Source of the DNA: Desulfurivibrionaceae bacterium
Lineage (GTDB): Bacteria; Desulfobacterota; Desulfobulbia; Desulfobulbales; UBA5123
Assembly: GCA_030145325.1 (NCBI GenBank)
Contig: JAQYVW010000005.1
Span: forward strand, 24,749-88,748
Direction: 5' to 3'
DNA: 64,000 nt
Both the position numbers and the translations under genes were made by a program. Positions 10,001-16,536 of this stretch are shown one piece after another. A model generated the notes under the pieces. It did no database searches and was not told where the DNA came from. It saw only the letters and a list, made by a program, of their open reading frames with translations. Within the stretch, counting starts at the first letter, position 1; each line of letters begins with the position of its first letter.

Positions 10001-10757
10001 CGGAGGGCACACTCTTGCGCATGTGGTCATAGAGGCCGAGGATGTGCTTACTAGCGCCTTTTACCGAGGCTCTTTTCTCGAGGTACCAGTAATTAGCCAG
10101 CTCAAAGTCGCCAGCAGTGGCCGGCCAGCCTTTGCCAACGAAATCGAACAGATCCACTGCATGGGCCAGACACCGCGACCAGAGCTCCTCTTCATTTAGC
10201 CCATGGGGGGAATCTTTGCCACCGAGGGCTGGAGTTTTGGTCAGGAAGGCATCCATATCCTCAAACGCACCGATCGTGAATGCACAACGGTCCATCGGCT
10301 CGAGTATGTCGCGCGGCATTATGGTCGTGGAGGTTGGCCGCAACCGACCGTCACGACCCAGTTCGGCCATGATCAAAAGCGGCGTCACCACATCGGGTAC
10401 ACCGGTACGTCGTCTCTGGGCGTGCTCGAGCTGCTGCAGGTAAACTATAGGACGAACGACAACCTCGATGGCATGCACATGCTCAGGCTCTTCGGCAAAC
10501 AGCGCGGCGATCTCGCTAATATCGATGTGTCCGACGCGCAGCTCATCCAGTGCCCTGCGCAGAAAGACCTTGGTCTCCCCCTCCCGCAACGCGCCGCTGC
10601 CGTGTTCGCTGTCTGCCAGGGAGTTTCGCCAGTAGGCAGCGTATGCAAGAAAGGTTTCATTCATTAGTCTTCTTCTTTTCCTCATGGTTATAGGCAACCG
10701 GGCATCTTGCCGGGAAGTGCCTTCAAGGGTAGTGGAGAGTTTGGTCTGGTTTGACAA
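7086..10757 (-). CDS. SF1 (Upf1/DNA2-like) helicase fused to a C-terminal PLD/HKD nuclease; type II Mokosh (MkoC)-like architecture
   Basis: Walker A NGPPGTGKTT, Walker B LIVDEAGQV, VGTVHSLQGAERPVVIFS and NVAVSRAK helicase motifs. One C-terminal HKD motif: HSKLILVDD...GSFNW. About 300 aa at the N-terminus have no call. The TTG start in the track is doubtful; ATG candidates are at 10685 and 10664. Confidence 0.8.
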   Translation of the reverse strand: MSNQTKLSTTLEGTSRQDARLPITMRKRRRLMNETFLAYAAYWRNSLADSEHGSGALREGETKVFLRRALDELRVGHIDISEIAALFAEEPEHVHAIEVVVRPIVYLQQLEHAQRRRTGVPDVVTPLLIMAELGRDGRLRPTSTTIMPRDILEPMDRCAFTIGAFEDMDAFLTKTPALGGKDSPHGLNEEELWSRCLAHAVDLFDFVGKGWPATAGDFELANYWYLEKRASVKGASKHILGLYDHMRKSVPSVPLFERYASEQVAPPETCLQASAAFAARMGHAGDSFPLAQAQRDALSHLLEGRHGDVLAVNGPPGTGKTTMLLSVVASLWARAALDENGEPPVIVAASTNNQAVTNIIDAFGKDFAIGSGCFAGRWLPDIQSFGAYFPAKGKEVESATKYQTRAFFEQVESPEYVERAKRTYLQAAATAFPEIANPTLIDAVKALREAIRVELDKLTALDDVWQKLVLAREAVQREIGEDPATAMTERRLQEAEIETQHQAFGAVVERWEAYLAKESILYSLFTWLPPVANKRLRLARLFLKEHFPAESALRGGNNVDEIEAATQVRREQLATMLREKRHIVQRGEAVLKAEQAQLERWRAALEPLGISEQAEILSLAECDVLADTAIRFPIFLLTTHYWEGRWLLEMEALLPELEKEKRKSGRVTMEKRWRRRMKLTPCVVSTFFMLPAEMQVKRFDDGEFVTDYLYDFIDLLIVDEAGQVLPEVAGASFALAKRSLVIGDTLQIEPIWSIPAQVDIGNMVSAKIICSADPKQAYAQLAEQGKAAASGSVMRIAQNVSRYHYDPDLTRGMFLYEHRRCFDEIVDYCNKLCYRNKLLPKRGSRPAGVGLPAMGYLHVDGICQWSNGGSRQNLLEADIIATWLVEHKAELETRYEKTLAQIVGVVTPFGSQVQAILQSCQARGIIAGSKEGMTVGTVHSLQGAERPVVIFSPVYSKHANGEFIDNSPSMLNVAVSRAKDSFLVFGDMDVLELSPKSKPRGLLLTYLCHKPSNALNFEPQQRKDLTPLHKNLRQLRDAQEHDSYLLTALAKAVHEIQIVTPWLQLRCIKEIGALEAMRAAVKRGVSVSIYTDQEWNTEAPNSTLAAEKKLRLQAAVDALQKDGIETAFVARVHSKLILVDDDIYCAGSFNWFSASRDSRYARHETSLAYSGSELAEEIEVTRKSLRCRRLTRPLQAPSPEQAEDTAALRTSPLLASEEPKGSD

Positions 10758-11166
10758 ATGGGTATCTATTTAACTCAAACAACCATCACATCACGCAATC
10801 TTTAGTAAAAAAAGGGATCAAGTCCGCTTTGGGCTTTTGTTTCGCTCCCAGGTCAACATATTTCCAAAAGAACTTAACTCGCAGATGGTGTCCTGGCAAT
10901 GGAATAGATTCAGGGGGCGGCGTGGTCTCAAGGCCATATCTTGGTAGCCTGTTATTTCATCCGGCAATCGCTTTCTGGCACACTGGGTTAATGTGCGCCG
11001 ACTTAATTTAACTGTCAAGTTCGTGGGGAGGGCAGGCCGGATTGTTGCATTTGTGGTCGTTAATTCCTGCGGGAGAGGGGCTGGTCATTATTCTTGATAC
11101 GCTCTTTTTTTGTTATGGGTGAATCTGTCTGTTATCGTCCTTTTCTGAAATGTTTTGGTTTGTGCT

Positions 11167-11228
11167 GTTCTTTTTTATATATCAACAAGATAGTCAATTA
11201 ACAATTAAACAACGTCCCCTCTGCCCCC
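11167..11228. repeat. MITE-like repeat, copy B (right half only)
   Basis: TTTTTTATATATCAACAAGATAGTCAATT..CAATTAAACAACGTCCCCTCTGCCCCC is nearly identical to 13547-13610. The left arm GGGGACGTTGTTTAATTG is absent. Confidence 0.8.
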
Positions 11229-11431
11229 TAGGGAGTACGCCTGATTTTCTATGCTTGTCAGGGCCATAATATAGATCTGTCCCGGTTTTGTATTGCGATT
11301 CTCTGGAACCACTCCCTTTTTAGCTCTACCCTAACGGTCAGATTGTGCTTGACTTTGGCGCTTTGTTTTTTGGATAGTTTTGAAAGGACTCTTTTTTATT
11401 TCAATCATCCCAACCAAACAAAGGAGACAGA

Positions 11432-11686
11432 ATGACCAAAAAAGATGTAAAGAAGTTATTAGCTGGGCTTGGTATAGCGAGTCTGCTTGGCGGCTGCTCG
11501 ATGATGGGCCATGATGGACAAGCTGGTGCCAGTGGCTGAGGAAGCAGCAAAACGGGTGCAGGTAGCACCCACACTGAGATCGAAAAGGCACCTGGCAGTG
11601 GTTGAAGTGGCACCACCGATGGTGCAGTTAGCACCCAGCAAGAAGAAAACAAGAAAAAACCCGGCAGTGGCTGAGGCGGGAGTTAA
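11432..11686 (+). CDS. predicted selenocysteine-containing precursor peptide (84 aa, three in-frame UGA)
   Basis: AAGGAG RBS 5 nt before the ATG. Reading TGA as U gives MTKKDVKKLLAGLGIASLLGGCSMMGHDGQAGASGUGSSKTGAGSTHTEIEKAPGSGUSGTTDGAVSTQQEENKKKPGSGUGGS. TGA codons at 11537, 11603 and 11672 are all in one frame, each after (G/A)-S-G encoded by GSCAGTGGYTGA. No other stop occurs until TAA at 11684. SECIS-like hairpins follow each TGA, and a radical SAM/SPASM gene lies 120 nt downstream. Confidence 0.6.
11554..11570 (+). promoter_or_regulatory. SECIS-like hairpin 1
   Basis: GGGTGC-AGGTA-GCACCC. The GGTGC stem starts at +19 from the T of TGA-1. The apical loop contains GGU. Confidence 0.45.
11621..11635 (+). 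promoter_or_regulatory. SECIS-like hairpin 2
   Basis: GGTGC-AGTTA-GCACC. The stem starts at +19 from the T of TGA-2, the same spacing as hairpin 1. Confidence 0.45.
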
Positions 11687-11691
11687 TCTGC

Positions 11692-11709
11692 AAAGTGCGG
11701 TCGCACTTT
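11692..11709 (+). promoter_or_regulatory. SECIS-like hairpin 3 (extends past the TAA stop)
   Basis: AAAGTGC-GGTC-GCACTTT begins at +21 from TGA-3. No T-run follows, so it is not a typical terminator. Confidence 0.4.
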
Positions 11710-11733
11710 ATGGTAATCGCCTCAGGCAAATGG

Positions 11734-11769
11734 GGGCCAGAAGGTGTATCAACCCTTTGGCCCTTTTTT
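11734..11769 (+). terminator. intrinsic terminator/attenuator between precursor and maturase genes
   Basis: ~10-bp stem GGGCCAGAAGG/CCCTTTGGCCC (one wobble, one mismatch) followed by T6. Confidence 0.6.
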
Positions 11770-11806
11770 ATTGTTCAGACAAGAAATGTAAACTGGAATA
11801 CTGACC

Positions 11807-13432
11807 ATGGCGACAAATCAGGAGCAGAGAGATCTAGAGCAAATTTTCCCCGTCTGCCGCATGATTGTTGGGGAACAGGTCTGGCAGGAGTTACTGAGTC
11901 TTTCCCCGAAAACATCCCCGGAAAATCTGCCTGCTTTCCTTGCCGATTTCGGCCAGGGGCAGGTCGTCCCTCCTTACCTTCCTGAACTGGCAAGGCTCGA
12001 AAGGACTTTTAATAAGGCCACCATGGCCCAGGCTGATTTCAGCCGCCCGGCAGAGCGGCCAGTTTTAAATCCAACCTTGGAAATACTGGAGCTATCCTGG
12101 GAAAATCTTGCGTCTTTGCTTTTTGAGGACGCGGCGACGGACATCGCCCGGCCCGAGAAAAGTCCTGAGTGGGTGGTGGTTTTCCGGGGGCCACAGTCCC
12201 AAAAAATGCGCTGCCGGCCAGCCACTGACCAGGAACTATTAGCCCTTAAAGTTGTTGCTGCCGACTTAAACCCGGATCAGGTGGCCCTGGAAAACCACGT
12301 ACCACTCGGGGTAATTGACCGAGCTCTCAGCCATGCTGATAGGATGGGGCTGACGCTGGCTCCAGAATCCAAAATACGGAGAAACCCTGCTTTCTTTACC
12401 GGTCGCAAGGCAATGGAACAATTCCAGATCGCCCCGGTGTTCACCCTCCAGTGGCATATCACCCAGAGCTGCGATCTCCATTGTCGCCATTGCTATGACC
12501 GGAGCAGCATGATGGAGCTGGAGCTGGATCAGGGGATGGCTATCCTGGACGACTTTAAATCATTCTGCCGGAGCCGTCATGTTGATGGACATATCTCCTT
12601 TACCGGCGGCAACCCTCTCCTCTACCCACACTTCAATACCCTATACCAGCAAGCGGCGGATCTTGGTTTTTCCCTGGGCATTCTTGGTAACCCGGCCGCC
12701 AAAGAGCGAATCGAAGAGATCATGGCCATCTCTGAGCCGGTTTTCTATCAGGTCAGCCTGGAGGGGCTCCGGGAGCAAAATGATTTCATTCGCGGCCCTG
12801 GCCATTTTGACCGGGTCATTGATTTTCTTTCGATCTTAAAAGATCTGGATCTTTACTCCATGGTCATGCTGACCCTGACCGAAGACAATCGGGATCAGGT
12901 TTTGCCATTGGCAGAGGAGCTGCGGAACAAGACCGACCTTTTCACTTTCAATCGCCTCTCCCTAACCGGGGAGGGCGCGCAATTGCAATCCACCCAACGA
13001 GACGGCTTTGAGTCTTTTTTACAAGAGTATATCCAGGCCGCGAAAACCAACCCGGTTATCAGCCTGAAAGACAATCTCCTCAATATCATTCGTTATCGAG
13101 AGGGCGGCGATCTCTTCGGCGGCTGTGCCGGTTTTGGTTGCGGGGCAGCCTTTAACTTTGTTTCCCTGCTGCCGGATGGCGAGGTTCATTCCTGCCGGAA
13201 ATTTCCTTCGCCAATCGGCAATATCTTTGAGCAATCCCTGGCGGCCATTTATGACGGCCCGCAGGCTGAGCAATATCGAAACGGCCCCCAAGCCTGTAAT
13301 GATTGTCCCATCCGGCCGGTCTGTGGCGGTTGTCTGGCGGTTGGTCACGGTATGGGTATTGATATCTTTACTGAGCAAGATCCTTACTGCTTCATGTCGC
13401 AGACAGAAAGAGAGGCTGGCTTGATGCGTTAA
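11807..13432 (+). CDS. radical SAM/SPASM-domain peptide maturase with ~200-aa N-terminal extension
   Basis: CX3CX2C cluster motif in QSCDLHCRHCYD. SPASM cysteines: CGAAFNFVSLLPDGEVHSC (CX12GX4C), CNDCPIRPVCGGC and DPYC. It is adjacent to the multi-UGA peptide. Confidence 0.88.
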   Translation: MATNQEQRDLEQIFPVCRMIVGEQVWQELLSLSPKTSPENLPAFLADFGQGQVVPPYLPELARLERTFNKATMAQADFSRPAERPVLNPTLEILELSWENLASLLFEDAATDIARPEKSPEWVVVFRGPQSQKMRCRPATDQELLALKVVAADLNPDQVALENHVPLGVIDRALSHADRMGLTLAPESKIRRNPAFFTGRKAMEQFQIAPVFTLQWHITQSCDLHCRHCYDRSSMMELELDQGMAILDDFKSFCRSRHVDGHISFTGGNPLLYPHFNTLYQQAADLGFSLGILGNPAAKERIEEIMAISEPVFYQVSLEGLREQNDFIRGPGHFDRVIDFLSILKDLDLYSMVMLTLTEDNRDQVLPLAEELRNKTDLFTFNRLSLTGEGAQLQSTQRDGFESFLQEYIQAAKTNPVISLKDNLLNIIRYREGGDLFGGCAGFGCGAAFNFVSLLPDGEVHSCRKFPSPIGNIFEQSLAAIYDGPQAEQYRNGPQACNDCPIRPVCGGCLAVGHGMGIDIFTEQDPYCFMSQTEREAGLMR

Positions 13433-13504
13433 AAGAAGTCGTGATGGTGGCGGTCGGCATCACTCTTCACGACCAAGGCGGGTGAAAATGAACAGCAAAC
13501 AACA

Positions 13505-13610
13505 ACGTGAGGGTTAGGGGACGTTGTTTAATTGTTTAAAGAAGAGTGTTTTTTTTATATATCAACAAGATAGTCAATTCAGCAATTAAACAACGTCCCC
13601 TCTGCCCCCC
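13505..13610. repeat. palindromic MITE-like repeat, copy C (full length)
   Basis: Left arm GGGGACGTTGTTTAATTG (13517-13534) and right arm CAATTAAACAACGTCCCC (13583-13600) are perfect inverted complements. The loop matches copy B. Confidence 0.8.
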
Positions 13611-13753
13611 GGTGCAACTTGACTGCGTTTGACGCCAGCCTCTGCCTGCCGCCTAAGCCCCTGCCAGGCCACGAAACCCCTTCTGGTGTTCCAATAACAT
13701 GTTGACTGCATGTGTCTTTTTTGCGAGCATGGCCATTGGAGGTATACTCAGGG

Positions 13754-15298
13754 ATGCAGAAAAAGATCATGGTGGTTGACAACAATCCGGTGGTTTGCAA
13801 GCTCATGGAAAACCTGCTTGTCTCCCACGGCCACGAACTCCGCTTGGCCGAGGACGGCCTGCAAGCTCTTGAGATATTGAAGACCTTCACCCCGGATGTG
13901 ATGTTCATCGACCTAATCATGCCCATGGTGGATGGCAGGCAGTTGTGTCGGGCGGTGCGAAAATCGGCCAAGTTTGACCAGGCAGTCATCGCCATCCTTT
14001 CCGCCGCCGCGGCCGAAGGAGACATTGCCCTTGAAGAGTTTGGCGCTGACTACTGCATCGCCAAGGGCCCTTTCAAGAAGCTGTCGGTTCATGTCTTGAA
14101 CATCCTGACGGCAGGGAGGCGTTACGGTGTCTCGCCCGCGCAACCCGTAATCGGTCTTGAGGATATCTTCCATCGCGAAATCACCGCTGAACTCCTCTCT
14201 TCCAAACGTCACCAGGAACTGATCCTGCGCAATACTTCCGAGGGCATTGTTGAGTTTTCCCCGGCTCGCGGGATCATTTTCGCCAACCGAAAGGTAGAAA
14301 GGATCACCGACAAAACAGAAGAAGAACTGTTGGCGACTGACTTCTTGAGCCTTTTTTGCGAAGGAGTCAGGGGGAAGGTGGCAGGGGGGATTGCGGAATC
14401 AGTCCGCTCCGGTCAAATGTTCAGAATGGAGGAGTCCTTTCTGATGGGTGGCCGCCATGTGTTGCTCACCCTGCTGCCAGTGCTGGAAGGCGAGCAACAA
14501 TGCTTCATCGCCCAGCTCCAAGATATAACCGCCCAAAAAAGTTTGGAAGAGGTGGAAGGACTGCTGGAGCGGCAAGCCAAGCTGGCCCATGCCGATCGCC
14601 TTTGCGCCTTGGGTGAGATGGTCTCAGGCATTGCCCATGAACTCAAACAGCCGATCACCGTGATCTCGATGACTGCGCAATTAATCAGCAGGTTGCCTCC
14701 GGCCGATCCGACCCTGCGGGGTTGTCTTGATCAAATCCTCGATCAAGTCCAACGGGCCACGACCATCATCAACGGTATGAGTTCATTCAGCCGGGCCGAG
14801 AGCGACCGGGCGGGTTTGTTTGCCCCGGCTCATGCCGTGGAACGAGCCCTTGCTTTTTTTCGGGAACAGTTTCGCATCCATGACATCACTCTTGACATGC
14901 ATCTTGACCAAGCGGCAGTTGTTTACGGCAGCGAGCAGCGTATCGAGCAGATTGTGGTCAACTTGCTCAACAATGCCCGCCACGCCCTTGAGCAGCGCCA
15001 GCATGGAAACGGCGACCAGGCAAAGAAGATTATGGTCACCCTGGCCGTCGACCATAACAAGCAAGTGGTGCGGCTCACCATCTCTGACAACGGCGTTGGC
15101 TTTAGCGAGGAGGGAAAGCGGCAATGCTTTGAACCGTTTTTTACCACCAAAGCCGTTGGCGAAGGGACCGGCCTGGGGTTGACCATTATCAAGCGATTGG
15201 CCGAGGAGATGCACGGTGGTGTGGATATTGCCGATGGCCCTGACGGTGAGGGCTCGGCAGTGTCGGTTATCTTCCCCGTGGCGAAAATGGGGCCATAG
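13754..15298 (+). CDS. response-regulator receiver / PAS / histidine kinase hybrid sensor
   Basis: N-terminal REC domain (IMVVDNNP...DVMFIDLIMPMVDG). H-box SGIAHELKQPI. HATPase G-boxes DNGVGF and GEGTGLGLTI. Start moved to the ATG after the GGAGG at 13739. Confidence 0.85.
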   Translation: MQKKIMVVDNNPVVCKLMENLLVSHGHELRLAEDGLQALEILKTFTPDVMFIDLIMPMVDGRQLCRAVRKSAKFDQAVIAILSAAAAEGDIALEEFGADYCIAKGPFKKLSVHVLNILTAGRRYGVSPAQPVIGLEDIFHREITAELLSSKRHQELILRNTSEGIVEFSPARGIIFANRKVERITDKTEEELLATDFLSLFCEGVRGKVAGGIAESVRSGQMFRMEESFLMGGRHVLLTLLPVLEGEQQCFIAQLQDITAQKSLEEVEGLLERQAKLAHADRLCALGEMVSGIAHELKQPITVISMTAQLISRLPPADPTLRGCLDQILDQVQRATTIINGMSSFSRAESDRAGLFAPAHAVERALAFFREQFRIHDITLDMHLDQAAVVYGSEQRIEQIVVNLLNNARHALEQRQHGNGDQAKKIMVTLAVDHNKQVVRLTISDNGVGFSEEGKRQCFEPFFTTKAVGEGTGLGLTIIKRLAEEMHGGVDIADGPDGEGSAVSVIFPVAKMGP

Positions 15299-15481
15299 GA
15301 ATCGGGTCACTAGCTTTTGTGAAAACGTAAATGGGGAAAGAGTTATTTAATGGATGCTACTTTCTCTAAAAATAAATTTGACCTCACATAACAGTATTTG
15401 ATGGGGTTAACCCGTCTGGACAGCGATATTTTCTGAAATTGTGCGGGCGTGCCCCGCTGAGATTTCGGGAAGGCAGAGACA

Positions 15482-16288
15482 ATGGCATTCAAAGAAAATT
15501 TGTTGCGCAAGATAGAAGTTGACCGGCTGGCCGGTCAGGTTGCCGCATCCTGTGGCATCATCCCCGGTGCACGGCACCGGGTTGCCAAGGAGCCCATGCG
15601 CCAGCTTCTGGAGTTGAGCACCTTCCAGTACCAACGTGAACGTGACCTGGATCTCTATGTTAAAGCGGCGGAAGGGGAGCGGCAGCTCATTCTGATTCTG
15701 GACAACGAATTGCCCATCTTCCATACCACCGTCCACGATGTGGTGGTGCGCAGAAGCCCGAGAACCATTGAAATGTGGAGTTTTCGCACCATCCGTAGAA
15801 TCTTGGTCGATTCCGACATCAAGGTGAGTGTGAACGGTCAGTCAGTGGCAACAGTGCGGAAAGATGTCCTTGCCCGCATCGACCTGAGCTATACGGATGC
15901 CGACATCCACGAGCTGGCCCAGGATGGTATGGCCTGGCTCGCTGACGGCAGGGCCGAAAAGGTTGAAGAGATCCTGACCCTCTTTGCCGCCTTGCTGGAT
16001 TTGGTGCCACCGCCAAAGGGGTTCGGCCTTGAGCAGACAGTGAGCTTCGGGGTTGCCGTCTCCGGGCCGGACGATGAGGCCTACTTCGGTCCCCTGGTCC
16101 TGTACCGGCCTGCTGGCAACACCCTGGCTTGGATCGACAAACCCATGGCCAAATCAGATCGGGAGCAGATGTGTTTTCTTCGCGATGCGGCCTCGGGAAG
16201 CGCCTCGGTGTCGGTACGGGGCGATGCTGTCTTTGGCAGGCTCGCAGAAGAAGTGCTGGCCCGACCCCAGCGGGAGGTGCCTGCTTAA
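15482..16288 (+). CDS. hypothetical protein
   Basis: 268-aa ORF with host-like composition. No motif recognised. Confidence 0.55.
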   Translation: MAFKENLLRKIEVDRLAGQVAASCGIIPGARHRVAKEPMRQLLELSTFQYQRERDLDLYVKAAEGERQLILILDNELPIFHTTVHDVVVRRSPRTIEMWSFRTIRRILVDSDIKVSVNGQSVATVRKDVLARIDLSYTDADIHELAQDGMAWLADGRAEKVEEILTLFAALLDLVPPPKGFGLEQTVSFGVAVSGPDDEAYFGPLVLYRPAGNTLAWIDKPMAKSDREQMCFLRDAASGSASVSVRGDAVFGRLAEEVLARPQREVPA

Positions 16289-16536
16289 TACCATTGACGC
16301 ATGTCTGCGCTGTTACCGTATTATTACGAGTAGGCCGACTTTTATTTGGTGCCAGGGCCTGGCTCACCTCGCCAACGACAATCCCATTGCTTTGAACCTC
16401 GTCAGTCAAATTAAGTGTTAGCCAGATGCGCTATGATTGGTTAGGTTTTCAGTGTATGCAAGTAGTCGGTACTCCAAGTTGGGTTTTGTTACAGACTTAT
16501 TTTGGATTCACCAATGTCAATCTCAGGGAGGTTTTT

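Noticed and set aside
10751-11018. ORFs of 86 aa (+) and 66 aa (-) in the spacer after the helicase-PLD gene
   Set aside because: They overlap each other and have no RBS or recognisable motif. The region is more likely promoter or remnant sequence.
4423-11300. Classical tRNA-3'-end direct repeat (attL/attR) delimiting the island
   Set aside because: I looked for the TTCGATTCTCGCTCCGGGCACCA segment or parts of it downstream and found none. The only flanking repeats are the MITE-like element and the TAGGGAG/TIR pair.
11432-11539. Reading the peptide gene as a stand-alone 35-aa ORF that ends at the first TGA
   Set aside because: The product would be little more than a signal peptide. This reading does not explain the two further in-frame TGAs with the same preceding codons, the absence of other stops for 49 more codons, or the phased hairpins.
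11537-11674. Genome-wide TGA reassignment (code 4 or 25) as the explanation for the in-frame TGAs
   Set aside because: Confidently identified genes in the window terminate at TGA at the expected length. Examples are ccsA at 27617-27619, the 3422..4165 gene, and the resB/ccsA ATGA overlap.
11511-11804. 97-aa plus-strand ORF, and antisense ORFs 11331..11652, across the Sec-peptide region
   Set aside because: They are in other frames than the RBS-preceded ATG at 11432 and have no RBS of their own. They run through the attenuator hairpin and give low-complexity Ala/Val/Pro-rich products typical of shadow frames. The phased TGA-plus-hairpin pattern is explained only by the 11432 frame.
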